The translations under genes and the position numbers were made by a program. The notes below the pieces were generated by a model. That model saw only the letters and a list, made by a program, of their open reading frames with translations. It did no database searches and was not told the DNA's origin. Below, one piece after another: positions 1-9,031 of a stretch of 40,000 nucleotides of DNA; position 1 is the stretch's first letter; every line of letters starts with the position of its first letter. The DNA is from Polyangiales bacterium (GTDB lineage: Bacteria > Myxococcota_A > Polyangia > Polyangiales > Sandaracinaceae): contig JBBSAT010000021.1 in the NCBI GenBank assembly GCA_038252025.1, positions 6,716 through 46,715 of the forward strand, written 5' to 3'.

Positions 1-2
1 AG

Positions 3-479
3 GTGAGCGATCAGGTCGTCGACCCGTTCGGCGTGGTGGAGCGCACGCTCTGCGCCGGCACCGTGACGTTCGTCGGAGACATCGACACGCGATGCGAAGC
101 CTCGCCGATGGTGTGGTCCTACGCGCAGACGGCTCCGCTCGACTGCAGCTATCGCGACGGGGGCGGCATGCTCCGGTTCTACTGGGACTACTTCGACTTC
201 GAGCCCGGGTACATCCGCGAGCCGGCCTGCGATGGCTCGCTCGTGCGCGCCGTGACGCCCGCGCTCAGCCTCCACGACGAGACGGCTCAGCCGCGCGACG
301 AGGCGCAGCGACTGGTGCTCGACGAGAGCATCCTGCTCGGCCCGCCCCAGGCGAGCGTGCGCGAGCTGCGTGACGCCCTGCGCGCGCGCCGTGGCGAGCC
401 GCAGGAGAGTCTGGACCTCACGGAGCACGTCGCCGGAGCGCGGCGCGTGGGAGAGGTGACGCTCGAGCCTCGTGAGTGA
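3..479 (+). CDS. hypothetical protein, possibly 5'-truncated by the window edge
   Basis: The ORF has protein-like composition (FYWDYFDFEPGYIREPACDG) and a TGA stop at 477-479. Overlapping alternate-frame ORFs are Arg/Ala-rich shadows. Confidence 0.5.
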   Translation: MSDQVVDPFGVVERTLCAGTVTFVGDIDTRCEASPMVWSYAQTAPLDCSYRDGGGMLRFYWDYFDFEPGYIREPACDGSLVRAVTPALSLHDETAQPRDEAQRLVLDESILLGPPQASVRELRDALRARRGEPQESLDLTEHVAGARRVGEVTLEPRE

Positions 480-562
480 GCGCGGGCCGCCGTGGGTGAG
501 ATCGCGCAGACGCGCGAGCACCGGGAGGAACGAAGCCGAGCGGGACGTCGTACGACGCGACC

Positions 563-1879
563 ATGCCGCGTCACTCCGCTCTCGCGCTTCTCTTGGCGCT
601 CGCCTGTGCACCCTGCCTCGCCGTCGGCTGCGCGAGTCCGGAAGGCGTCGGCGAGCTCGACGCGGGGCACGTACAAGATGCGCGGCAGGCAGCGGACGGC
701 AGCGAGGACGCGGCGCACGACGCGGCGGCCTTCGATGCGAGCGACGCTGCGCGGGCCGATGCCAGCGCCGACATCGATGCCAGCGCCGACATCGATGCCA
801 GCGCCGAGATCGATGCCAGCACCGAGATCGATGCCAGCACCGAGATCGATGCCGGCGCCGAGATCGATGCCGGCGCCGAGATCGATGCCGGCGCCGAGAT
901 CGATGCCAGCACGGAGCTGGACGCGGCGGCCACGCCCGATGCAGCCACGCCCGATGCAGCCACGCCCGACGCAGGACCGACCCCGACTCCCTGGACGCGC
1001 TCCACGCTCACGGCACCGCCCGGCCGTCACAGCTCCGTGATGGCGTACGACTCGGCGCGCCACGTCATCGTCCTCTTCGGCGGGAACACCGGGATCACGG
1101 CGAACGGCTCCGACACGTGGGAGTACGACGGCACGACGTGGGCGCGCATCACCACGGCGACGACCCCGCCGGGACGCTGGAATTCCGTGATGGCGTTCGA
1201 CTCGGCGCGCGCCGTGATGGTCCTCTTCGGCGGCAACACCGGCATCACCGCCTACGCGTCCGATACCTGGGAGTACGACGGCGCCGACTGGACGCCCGTC
1301 ACCACGGCGACGAGCCCGCGCGGCCGGAACGGCGCGACGATGGCGTACGACAGCGCGCGCGGCGTCTCGGTGCTCTTCGGTGGAAACAACTCCACTACCT
1401 CGTACGGCTCCGATACCTGGGAGTACGACGGCACCGACTGGACGCCCATCACCACGACGACGACGCCTCGCGGGCGGCACGACGCGGGCATGGCGTACGA
1501 CAGCGCGCGTGGTCTCGTCGTGCTCTTCGGCGGCAACAACTCCACCACCTCGTACGGTTCGGACACGTACGCGTACGACGGCGTCGACTGGCAGAGCGTG
1601 ACGACGAGCGCGACGCCGCGCGGTCGCCACGGGCCGGGGATGGCGTACGACGCGACGCGCGGCGTGATCGTGCTCTTCGGGGGCAACGACTCCACGAGCT
1701 CGTACGGCTCGGACACCTGGTTCCTCGACGCTACGGGCTGGCGACAGATCACGACGAGCCCCACGCCGGGCGGTCGGTTCGACAGCGTGCTCGCGCACGA
1801 CGCGCGCCGCGGCGTCAGCGTGCTCTTCGGAGGAAACTCGAGCGTGACCGGCTACGACGGCACCGTCTGGGAGCTCTGA
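563..1879 (+). CDS. Kelch-repeat beta-propeller lipoprotein with a repetitive acidic linker
   Basis: The N-terminus MPRHSALALLLALACAPCLAVGC has a lipobox. About seven ~47-aa repeats of the form GRxxxxMAYDSARxVxVLFGGN...DTWEYDG follow. The ORF ends at TGA 1877-1879. Confidence 0.85.
   Translation: MPRHSALALLLALACAPCLAVGCASPEGVGELDAGHVQDARQAADGSEDAAHDAAAFDASDAARADASADIDASADIDASAEIDASTEIDASTEIDAGAEIDAGAEIDAGAEIDASTELDAAATPDAATPDAATPDAGPTPTPWTRSTLTAPPGRHSSVMAYDSARHVIVLFGGNTGITANGSDTWEYDGTTWARITTATTPPGRWNSVMAFDSARAVMVLFGGNTGITAYASDTWEYDGADWTPVTTATSPRGRNGATMAYDSARGVSVLFGGNNSTTSYGSDTWEYDGTDWTPITTTTTPRGRHDAGMAYDSARGLVVLFGGNNSTTSYGSDTYAYDGVDWQSVTTSATPRGRHGPGMAYDATRGVIVLFGGNDSTSSYGSDTWFLDATGWRQITTSPTPGGRFDSVLAHDARRGVSVLFGGNSSVTGYDGTVWEL
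758..919 (+). repeat. 18-bp in-frame tandem repeat, about 9 copies
   Basis: The unit gatgccagcgccgacatc and close variants repeat head-to-tail inside the Kelch lipoprotein gene, encoding (D-A-S/G-A/T-E/D-I)n. Confidence 0.9.
929..973 (+). repeat. 15-bp in-frame tandem repeat, 3 copies
   Basis: The unit gccacgcccgatgca occurs three times (the last copy reads gac), encoding ATPDA x3. Confidence 0.9.
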
Positions 1880-1895
1880 GAGAGACGCGTTCTCC

Positions 1896-2630
1896 TCACG
1901 CAGCGGCAGGCGAGCGAAGCATGCGCGCGAGCGCTCTCAGCCCGGCGACGAGCTCGCGATCCTCGGTGAGGCGCTCGGCGCTGCGCTCGAGCTCGACGAG
2001 GACGCGATCGAGCCGCGCCTCGAGCCGCGCTTCTCGCTCGCGCGTGGCGAGCGTCTCCTTCTCGAGGTCGCGCTCGAGCCGCTCGAGGCGCACCGCGCGA
2101 TCTTCGTCGCGCTCTCTCATGCGGACGACCTCCGCGAGCAGCGTGATCGCGTCCTCGCGAGGCACGAGGGCCTGGCTCCGCAGCGCTGCGATGCGCGCCC
2201 GCACGTGCGCCCAGCCGGCCTGCAGGGGGCGGAGGCCCATCGAGGCGAGATAGGCGAACGCGAGGAGATAGCCTCGACCATCGCCGAGCATCGCGCTCGC
2301 GCCGAAGGCCGCGCCCGCCGCGAGGACGTGGAGGCCCACGGCGACGAGCCGCGCGCGCGACGCGATCCGCCGCGCTTCGCTCCGCGCGCGCTCGTCGATC
2401 GCGATGCCGCGATGGACGCTCTCGTCCTGCTCCACGACCAGGAGGCGCGCCGCGAACCAGAGATCCCAGGGGAGCTTCACCAGCGCGAGGACCGAGAGCG
2501 ATGCGGCGCTGATCGCGAGCACCTCGAGCGCGATGGCCGGAGGGACGATCCCGAGCACCGCGAGCACGCCCGCAACGAGGACCACGGCGAAGAACGCGAG
2601 CGTGGCGAGCAGACGTGCGCCGCTCCTCAC
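1896..2630 (-). CDS. membrane protein with a C-terminal coiled-coil region
   Basis: The 390-aa track ORF was trimmed to GTG 2630..2628, which overlaps the upstream TGA stop (GTGA). Hydrophobic segments (LATLAFFAVVLVAGVLAVLGIV, LAISAASLSVLALV) are followed by an E/R-rich heptad-like tail. Confidence 0.6.
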   Translation of the reverse strand: MRSGARLLATLAFFAVVLVAGVLAVLGIVPPAIALEVLAISAASLSVLALVKLPWDLWFAARLLVVEQDESVHRGIAIDERARSEARRIASRARLVAVGLHVLAAGAAFGASAMLGDGRGYLLAFAYLASMGLRPLQAGWAHVRARIAALRSQALVPREDAITLLAEVVRMRERDEDRAVRLERLERDLEKETLATREREARLEARLDRVLVELERSAERLTEDRELVAGLRALARMLRSPAAA

Positions 2631-3280
2631 TGGAACGCTCCGCGGAGGGCCGACACCGAGGACCGCATCTCGAGGGCCGTCACGGTGGGAGGAAGCGCCC
2701 GCGCGGCGAGCACCTCGAGCGCCGGCCGGAGGGCGAATCGCTTCCGTGTGGCGCGCGACATCTTGCTCCCCCAAAGGCCGCGGAGCGCCGCAGGCACCAC
2801 GGGCACGGGGCGGCGAGAGAGCACGCGCTCGATGCCGGCGCGGAAGTCCGCGATCTCGCCGTCTCGCGTGAGCGCGCCCTCGGGAAAGATCGCGACGACC
2901 TCCCCGTGGGCGAGCGCATCGTCCACCTCTTCGAGCGCAGTCCGGAGCAGCTCGGGATCTTCCTTCGCGCTCGCGATCGGGATGCCTCCACAGAGCCGGC
3001 AGACGCGACCGACGATCGGGACGCGGTCGAGCCCGTTCCAGTAGACGAAGCGCAGCGGGAAGTCGCACGCCGCGCCGAGCACGAAGCAGTCTGCGTACGA
3101 GACGTGGTTCGCGACGACGAGCGCCGGGCCTCGCACCGGGAGGTGCTCTCCACCGTGCACCCGCAGCCGATAGAAGAGGTGCACGACGAGCTGGATCCAG
3201 ACGCGCAGGAACCGGCGAATGGCGAGCGGGAGAACGCCGGCGTGAAGCGGCCGCGGCCGCGGCGAGCGAGGGGCGGGCAT
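2627..3280 (-). CDS. 1-acyl-sn-glycerol-3-phosphate (lysophospholipid) acyltransferase family protein
   Basis: It carries the HxxxxD motif NHVSYAD and the FPEG motif (VAIFPEGALTRDG). Size is typical of the PlsC family at 217 aa. Confidence 0.85.
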   Translation of the reverse strand: MPAPRSPRPRPLHAGVLPLAIRRFLRVWIQLVVHLFYRLRVHGGEHLPVRGPALVVANHVSYADCFVLGAACDFPLRFVYWNGLDRVPIVGRVCRLCGGIPIASAKEDPELLRTALEEVDDALAHGEVVAIFPEGALTRDGEIADFRAGIERVLSRRPVPVVPAALRGLWGSKMSRATRKRFALRPALEVLAARALPPTVTALEMRSSVSALRGAFQ

Positions 3281-3281
3281 G

Positions 3282-3557
3282 TCACGCCTCCTCGAACTCG
3301 CGGAGGATCTTCTCGGCCTTCGCCTCGGTGATGCGCGTGAGGAGGCGCTTGGACTCCTGCTGATCGCGCAGCGTCTTGGCGAGCGTGAAGGACTGCGCGA
3401 CGGTGAAGAAGAAGCCGAGACCGAGGAAGGCCTTGGGCCAGATGGTCAGCGGCAAGTAGAGGATGCCGACCGTGGTCGTCACCAGGGCGATCGCGAAGGC
3501 GAGCCAGACCTGAAACGACCAGGCGGCGGTGTGGGGATCCTGGGAAGAGTTGCTCAT
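3282..3557 (-). CDS. YiaA/YiaB-type two-helix inner-membrane protein
   Basis: This 91-aa protein has two TM helices (FQVWLAFAIALVTTTVGILYL, AFLGLGFFFTVAQSFTLA). A GGGAGGG Shine-Dalgarno lies upstream of the ATG. Its stop is 1 nt from the acyltransferase ATG. Confidence 0.7.
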   Translation of the reverse strand: MSNSSQDPHTAAWSFQVWLAFAIALVTTTVGILYLPLTIWPKAFLGLGFFFTVAQSFTLAKTLRDQQESKRLLTRITEAKAEKILREFEEA

Positions 3558-3731
3558 GCGACCCTCCCTAGCGAGGCGTATGCCGCAGGCGCGCCGTTGA
3601 ATGTATTTGGCTTTTCTGGCACTAGATCGCGACGGTCATACATCTGATGTACTCAGCGCATACAACCAATGACGTCATGGACCGTCTGGATTCCGAGGCG
3701 CTCGGCCTCGTGCGGGCCACGGGCGTACTAG

Positions 3732-3797
3732 GGGCCCGCGGAAAAAGAAGTGGACCGGATCGGCGTCGAGGCGATTCGATTATTTTTCCGCGGGCCC
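3732..3797. repeat. perfect 15-bp inverted repeat with a 36-nt spacer
   Basis: GGGCCCGCGGAAAAA (3732-3746) is the exact reverse complement of TTTTTCCGCGGGCCC (3783-3797). The repeat ends 14 nt before ATG 3812. Confidence 0.8.
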
Positions 3798-3811
3798 TAA
3801 GCTCGCGCGCG

Positions 3812-4222
3812 ATGCTTCTTCGAGGACTCGCGCTCTCGGCGCTGATGCTGACCTCCACGCTCGGCTCCGGATGTGGTGGTGGCCGCGCCTACGACGGCTC
3901 GAACCGCACGGTCACCTGCGGCCGCGTCGGCTTCGGCGACGCGTGCATCGAGCGCGCGCTCCAGGCACGAACGAGCCGGATCCGCGGCTGCTACGAAGCG
4001 GAGCTGGCGCGCGCGCCGACGCTCGCCGGGGAGCTCGCGGTCGAGCTCACGGTCGAGGAGGACGGTGAGACGACGGGCGTCCACGCGGCGGACGACACGC
4101 TCGGGAGCGCGGTCGTGCGCGACTGCGTGCTCGGCATCATCGACGAGCTGCGCTTCTCCCCCGGGTCGCCGGGTGGGCCGACGACGCACGCCTTCCCGTT
4201 CGTGTTCGAGCCGCGGAGCTGA
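3812..4222 (+). CDS. AgmX/PglI C-terminal (TonB-C-like) domain lipoprotein
   Basis: Trimmed to ATG 3812, because codons upstream are AT-rich and non-coding-like. It has the signal/lipobox MLLRGLALSALMLTSTLGSGC, then GCYEAEL...VELTVEEDG...VRDCV...FPFVF. Confidence 0.6.
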   Translation: MLLRGLALSALMLTSTLGSGCGGGRAYDGSNRTVTCGRVGFGDACIERALQARTSRIRGCYEAELARAPTLAGELAVELTVEEDGETTGVHAADDTLGSAVVRDCVLGIIDELRFSPGSPGGPTTHAFPFVFEPRS

Positions 4223-5689
<1,467 letters not shown>

Positions 5690-5714
5690 TGACCGCGGGG
5701 GCCCCTGGGCTCGC

Positions 5715-6215
5715 TCAGCTCGTGCTCGGGACCATGGGCGAGCACGCGTTCGTGCAGAGGCCCACGCCCGAGGACGCGTCGCAGCGCACCTCGAAGAGAC
5801 AGTCAGGAGGCTGCGTGGGCACGGGCGGGGATGGGCACGGGACACCCGCGCACGCTTCGGCCCGGTGAGCGGCGATGAAGCTCTCGTAGGCGCGGCTCTG
5901 CGCGGTGACGTTCATGTCGCGGTAGGACCAGCAGCAGCCCGTCGCGTCGACGGTGCCGTCCGCTGCGCAGTCGGTGTCCGCGACGCACGAGAGCGGAGCA
6001 GGTGCGTCGCTCGTCACCCAGAAGCCGTCGACGATGCGTCCCGCGCTGGGGGTCGGCACGGGGCTCGTGGCGAGCGGCGTGGGCGGCGGCTCGCGGTCGG
6101 ATCCCGTGGTCGCGGCTTGTGGGCTGCCGCACGCCGAGAGGAGCAAGAGCAGAAAGCGGATGGAGGCGAGTGGAGCTCGTTCGGTCATCGACAGTCCCCG
6201 GGTGGCATGGCTCAT
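5715..6215 (-). CDS. Cys-rich lipoprotein
   Basis: Trimmed to ATG 6215, which overlaps the VWA gene stop (ATGA); an alternative ATG lies at 6188. It has the lipobox FLLLLLSACG and 12 Cys in the mature part. Confidence 0.6.
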   Translation of the reverse strand: MSHATRGLSMTERAPLASIRFLLLLLSACGSPQAATTGSDREPPPTPLATSPVPTPSAGRIVDGFWVTSDAPAPLSCVADTDCAADGTVDATGCCWSYRDMNVTAQSRAYESFIAAHRAEACAGVPCPSPPVPTQPPDCLFEVRCDASSGVGLCTNACSPMVPSTS

Positions 6216-7768
6216 CGGACGAGCGCGTCGACCTCCGCGGTCGCACTGGCGAGCTCCCTCGCGCGCGTCGCCTCCTCCTCCTTCTGCCGGGACATGAGGC
6301 CCGGCGGGAGGCTCGTGCGCTCTTCCTTCGCCGCGTCGTCGACGATGTCGAGCGCGCGCTTGGCTCGCTCGTCCTTCTGCCGGAGCGCCGCCTCCGTGAC
6401 GACCTGCACGGTGTGCAAGCGCGGCAGGTACTCGAGATCGAGCTCGCCCGTGGAGGGCAGCATGAACACGCCGTAGAGGGTGGCCTCCGCGCGGAGGCGC
6501 TCGATGGTGTCGAGCGGGACGTGACACTCCGCGTGCGTGAGGAGATAGAGGATGATCGACTTCTTCTCGCGACGGCGCGTGCGCTGGAGCTCCCCGGCGA
6601 GGAGACCGAAGACCTTCGCGTAGTTGCGGCCGTGCTCGCCCTTGAACGAGAGGATGTACGGAAGGTCGAGCTCCATCGCGCCTCGCTTGCGCGCGCGCGC
6701 CTGCTGCACCTCGTAGAGGCGCGAGTCGAAGAAGCGGAGGAACACGTCGTCGCCGCGGAGGAGCAGCTTCTTGGCGAGCGTGAGCGCGAGCCCGCGCGCG
6801 AACACCGAGCGCTGCCCGCGCATCGAGGCCGTGGCGTCGACGCAGAGGTAGTGAAGGCGACGGTCCTCCTCGCGGCTCTTCTCGTGCGCGTAGTAGAAGA
6901 CCTCGTTCTCCGAGAAGCGCTGATCGAAGAGATCGTCCTCCTGCGCGAGCTCGGTGAGCATCAACGAGTCGATCGTGCCGCGGCGCGCGAGGCCCGCGTA
7001 GCCATCGACGCTGAAGCTCTGCATGCCCGTCGCGCGCTTGGTCTCGAGCACGCTCGGGAGCAGATCGAGCGAGAAGTTCACCACGTCGTTCGCGTCGGGG
7101 CTCTCGAGGACGTTGAGCAGGTCGAGCATCCCGAACGCGCTCGCCGCGGACGCCTCGGCGCCGAACATCCCGAGCAGGCGAAGCGTGTCGAGATCGATCT
7201 GCTCGAGGGCCGTCACGATGCGCTGACGCTCGCGCGCGAGGTGCACGAGGAACTCGGTGTCCGAGCGTCGATCGACCGCACGAAAGAGCCCCGGAAGCTT
7301 CGGGCCGAGCGTGCCGTAGACCTCTGGATCGACGGGGAGCGGCACGCCGATGGGCCTGCGTCCCGGGCCGAGGAAGCGCTCGTAGACCGGCGCCAGCACG
7401 CGCAGGAGGATCACGGCGATGAGGTCATCGCGGAGCCGCCAGGCGCGCGCCTTCTCGACGACCTCGGTGGTCTCGATCTCCTGGAGCGTCTCGAGCCACG
7501 CGGCGTGGGCCGATGCGACCTGCGGCGTCATCGTCACGAGGGAGAGCCCGGGGCGCGGGGCGAGCACGTCCGGCGGCGCGGTGAGGAGCAGACCCAGATC
7601 GTGGACGACCCAGAACGGTGCGGGCAGCCCGACCTTCGAGAGCGAGTTCCGCCACTGCACGGCGCGGAGCACCTGCATGGTGTTCCCCACCTGCGCACAG
7701 GAGAGGAGCAGTCCTCCGAGCTCGCGGCTCTGTTCGGCGGAGATGGAGACGCTCATCGCCCCGAACAC
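6212..7768 (-). CDS. von Willebrand factor A (VWA) domain protein
   Basis: This 518-aa protein has a MIDAS-like motif LCVDATASM (DxTxS) in its C-terminal half, followed by a beta-alpha pattern. The N-terminal ~300 aa are uncharacterised. Confidence 0.7.
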   Translation of the reverse strand: MFGAMSVSISAEQSRELGGLLLSCAQVGNTMQVLRAVQWRNSLSKVGLPAPFWVVHDLGLLLTAPPDVLAPRPGLSLVTMTPQVASAHAAWLETLQEIETTEVVEKARAWRLRDDLIAVILLRVLAPVYERFLGPGRRPIGVPLPVDPEVYGTLGPKLPGLFRAVDRRSDTEFLVHLARERQRIVTALEQIDLDTLRLLGMFGAEASAASAFGMLDLLNVLESPDANDVVNFSLDLLPSVLETKRATGMQSFSVDGYAGLARRGTIDSLMLTELAQEDDLFDQRFSENEVFYYAHEKSREEDRRLHYLCVDATASMRGQRSVFARGLALTLAKKLLLRGDDVFLRFFDSRLYEVQQARARKRGAMELDLPYILSFKGEHGRNYAKVFGLLAGELQRTRRREKKSIILYLLTHAECHVPLDTIERLRAEATLYGVFMLPSTGELDLEYLPRLHTVQVVTEAALRQKDERAKRALDIVDDAAKEERTSLPPGLMSRQKEEEATRARELASATAEVDALVR

Positions 7769-7772
7769 TACC

Positions 7773-8888
7773 TCAGCCAGCGAGCTGTGGCTTCGCGCCG
7801 AGAGGAGCCGCCACGTCCGCGCGCCGTACCTTCCAGATCCAGCCGTCGTAGAGGAAGTGCAGCCAGGAGGTGCCTACGTAGTACGTGAGGTAGGCGTCCG
7901 AGTCGGCAACGCCCTGGAGCCCCAGATAGACGAGGCCGAAGCCCGCGACGAGGAGCGGCGCGAAGACGAACGGGCGGGAGAAGATCCTCGCAGCGAGGCT
8001 GCGATCGATGGGGCGCGCGGCGAACTTTCGCTCGCCGAAGTGATGCACGAACGCGACGTACTCGAGCGCGTGCGCGGTCCCGAAGCAGAGGTATCCGACG
8101 ATGGGCCCGTGCACGAGGAACACGGCGAAGAGCGCGAGCGTGGACGCGAGGAACAGAAGGCGCGGGACGCGCTGGGCGAGCGTGAGCGCGGCGCGGCGCT
8201 CGCCGAGGGCCCAGCGCGCAGCGATGAAGACGAAGGCGAGGACCGTCAGGGCGGAGACGATCCCGAAGAACGGAGAGCTCGTGAGGGGGCGGAGCGCTGC
8301 CAGCATGTCCCTGGCGTTGGGATGGCCGTCGAACGTGCTCGTCCGGAGCCCGAGCAGCACGACGGCGACGAACGGGACGATCGACCAGACGAAGAGGCGG
8401 TCGCGCCTCGCCTCCTTGCGAGCCTCGAGGCCTCCTCCGGCCTTGCCGGCATAGATCCGCAAGATCCCGTAGCGCTGCTGGATCGTGTGCCAGACGTTCC
8501 ACGTGCCGCTGACGACGAGGACGACGTCCCAGCCCGTGATGCGGAGCCCGTCGCGGACGGTGAGCGTGTCGGTGGCCCACGTGCGCGCGGCGAGGATGAT
8601 GCCGAGGACGACGAGCGGCGCGAGGACGTACTCCCGCGCGCGCTCGGCGAACGCCCGTGGATCGCCGTAGACGAGTACGAAGGTGTAGTGGTGATGCACG
8701 AACGTCAGCGCGAGCACCACCAACACGGCGAGCGCGAGCGCGTCGACGGGGTGCCCGAAGAGCACCACCCGGCCGCCACCGTCGCCGAGCCTCAGTCCGA
8801 AGACGAACCAGAGATAGAACGGCACCCAGCAGAACGAGAGGAAGGCGGTGTCCCAGGCAGGACCGCGTAGCCACCCGGAAGGCGCCAT
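7773..8888 (-). CDS. polytopic membrane protein with His-rich motifs
   Basis: Trimmed to ATG 8888. It has about 9-10 hydrophobic segments and conserved-looking His clusters (FVHHHY, WHTIQQRYG, HALEYVAFVHHF). Its stop is 4 nt from the VWA start. Confidence 0.65.
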   Translation of the reverse strand: MAPSGWLRGPAWDTAFLSFCWVPFYLWFVFGLRLGDGGGRVVLFGHPVDALALAVLVVLALTFVHHHYTFVLVYGDPRAFAERAREYVLAPLVVLGIILAARTWATDTLTVRDGLRITGWDVVLVVSGTWNVWHTIQQRYGILRIYAGKAGGGLEARKEARRDRLFVWSIVPFVAVVLLGLRTSTFDGHPNARDMLAALRPLTSSPFFGIVSALTVLAFVFIAARWALGERRAALTLAQRVPRLLFLASTLALFAVFLVHGPIVGYLCFGTAHALEYVAFVHHFGERKFAARPIDRSLAARIFSRPFVFAPLLVAGFGLVYLGLQGVADSDAYLTYYVGTSWLHFLYDGWIWKVRRADVAAPLGAKPQLAG

Positions 8889-8983
8889 CCGATGGCTATA
8901 GGCCGCGAGCGAGCCCCGCTGCAAGCCTCTCGCGGCGGGGCGGTCGAGTGCGAGACGGGTGGCCCTCGCGATGGAGCGCTGCG

Positions 8984-8999
8984 CGGAACTTCCCTTGCG
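8984..8999 (+). promoter_or_regulatory. candidate sigma-54 (-24/-12) promoter
   Basis: CGGAACT-TCCC-TTGCG has correct GG-N10-GC spacing and a perfect TTGC -12 element. The -24 element is imperfect. It lies 33 nt upstream of kinase ATG 9032. Confidence 0.3.
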
Positions 9000-9031
9000 C
9001 TCGCGCGGCGCGATGGGCGACCGTGACAGCG

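Noticed and set aside
758-919. Tandem repeat arrays (758-973, 22885-22944, 29233-29307, 19274-19459) considered as possible CRISPR arrays.
   Set aside because: Units are contiguous with no spacers, are multiples of 3, and lie in frame inside coding sequences. No cas genes are present.
287-2253. Very long ORFs opposite to or overlapping real genes: 287-1798 minus, 472-2253 plus, and likewise 6002-7888 plus, 16099-17298 minus, 18440-21094 minus, 27340-29145 minus and 9686-10876 minus.
   Set aside because: They are extremely Arg/Ala/Pro/Gly-rich with no motifs. Each overlaps a frame carrying clear domain signatures. These are typical stop-poor shadow frames of ~70% GC DNA.
3617-3631. TGGCAC hexamer (TGGCACTAGATCGCG) that looked like a sigma-54 -24 box upstream of the lipoprotein/bEBP operon.
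   Set aside because: The nearest GC dinucleotide gives GG-N9-GC rather than the required GG-N10-GC, and the -12 region reads CGCG instead of TTGC. It is also about 180 nt from the start codon.
3647-3811. The upstream part of the track ORF 3647-4222 (MYSAHTTNDVMDRLDSE...) as the start of the lipoprotein gene.
   Set aside because: Its codons are AT-rich at third positions (aaa aga agt gga, att att ttt) and span the 15-bp inverted repeat. The signal peptide and lipobox begin at ATG 3812.
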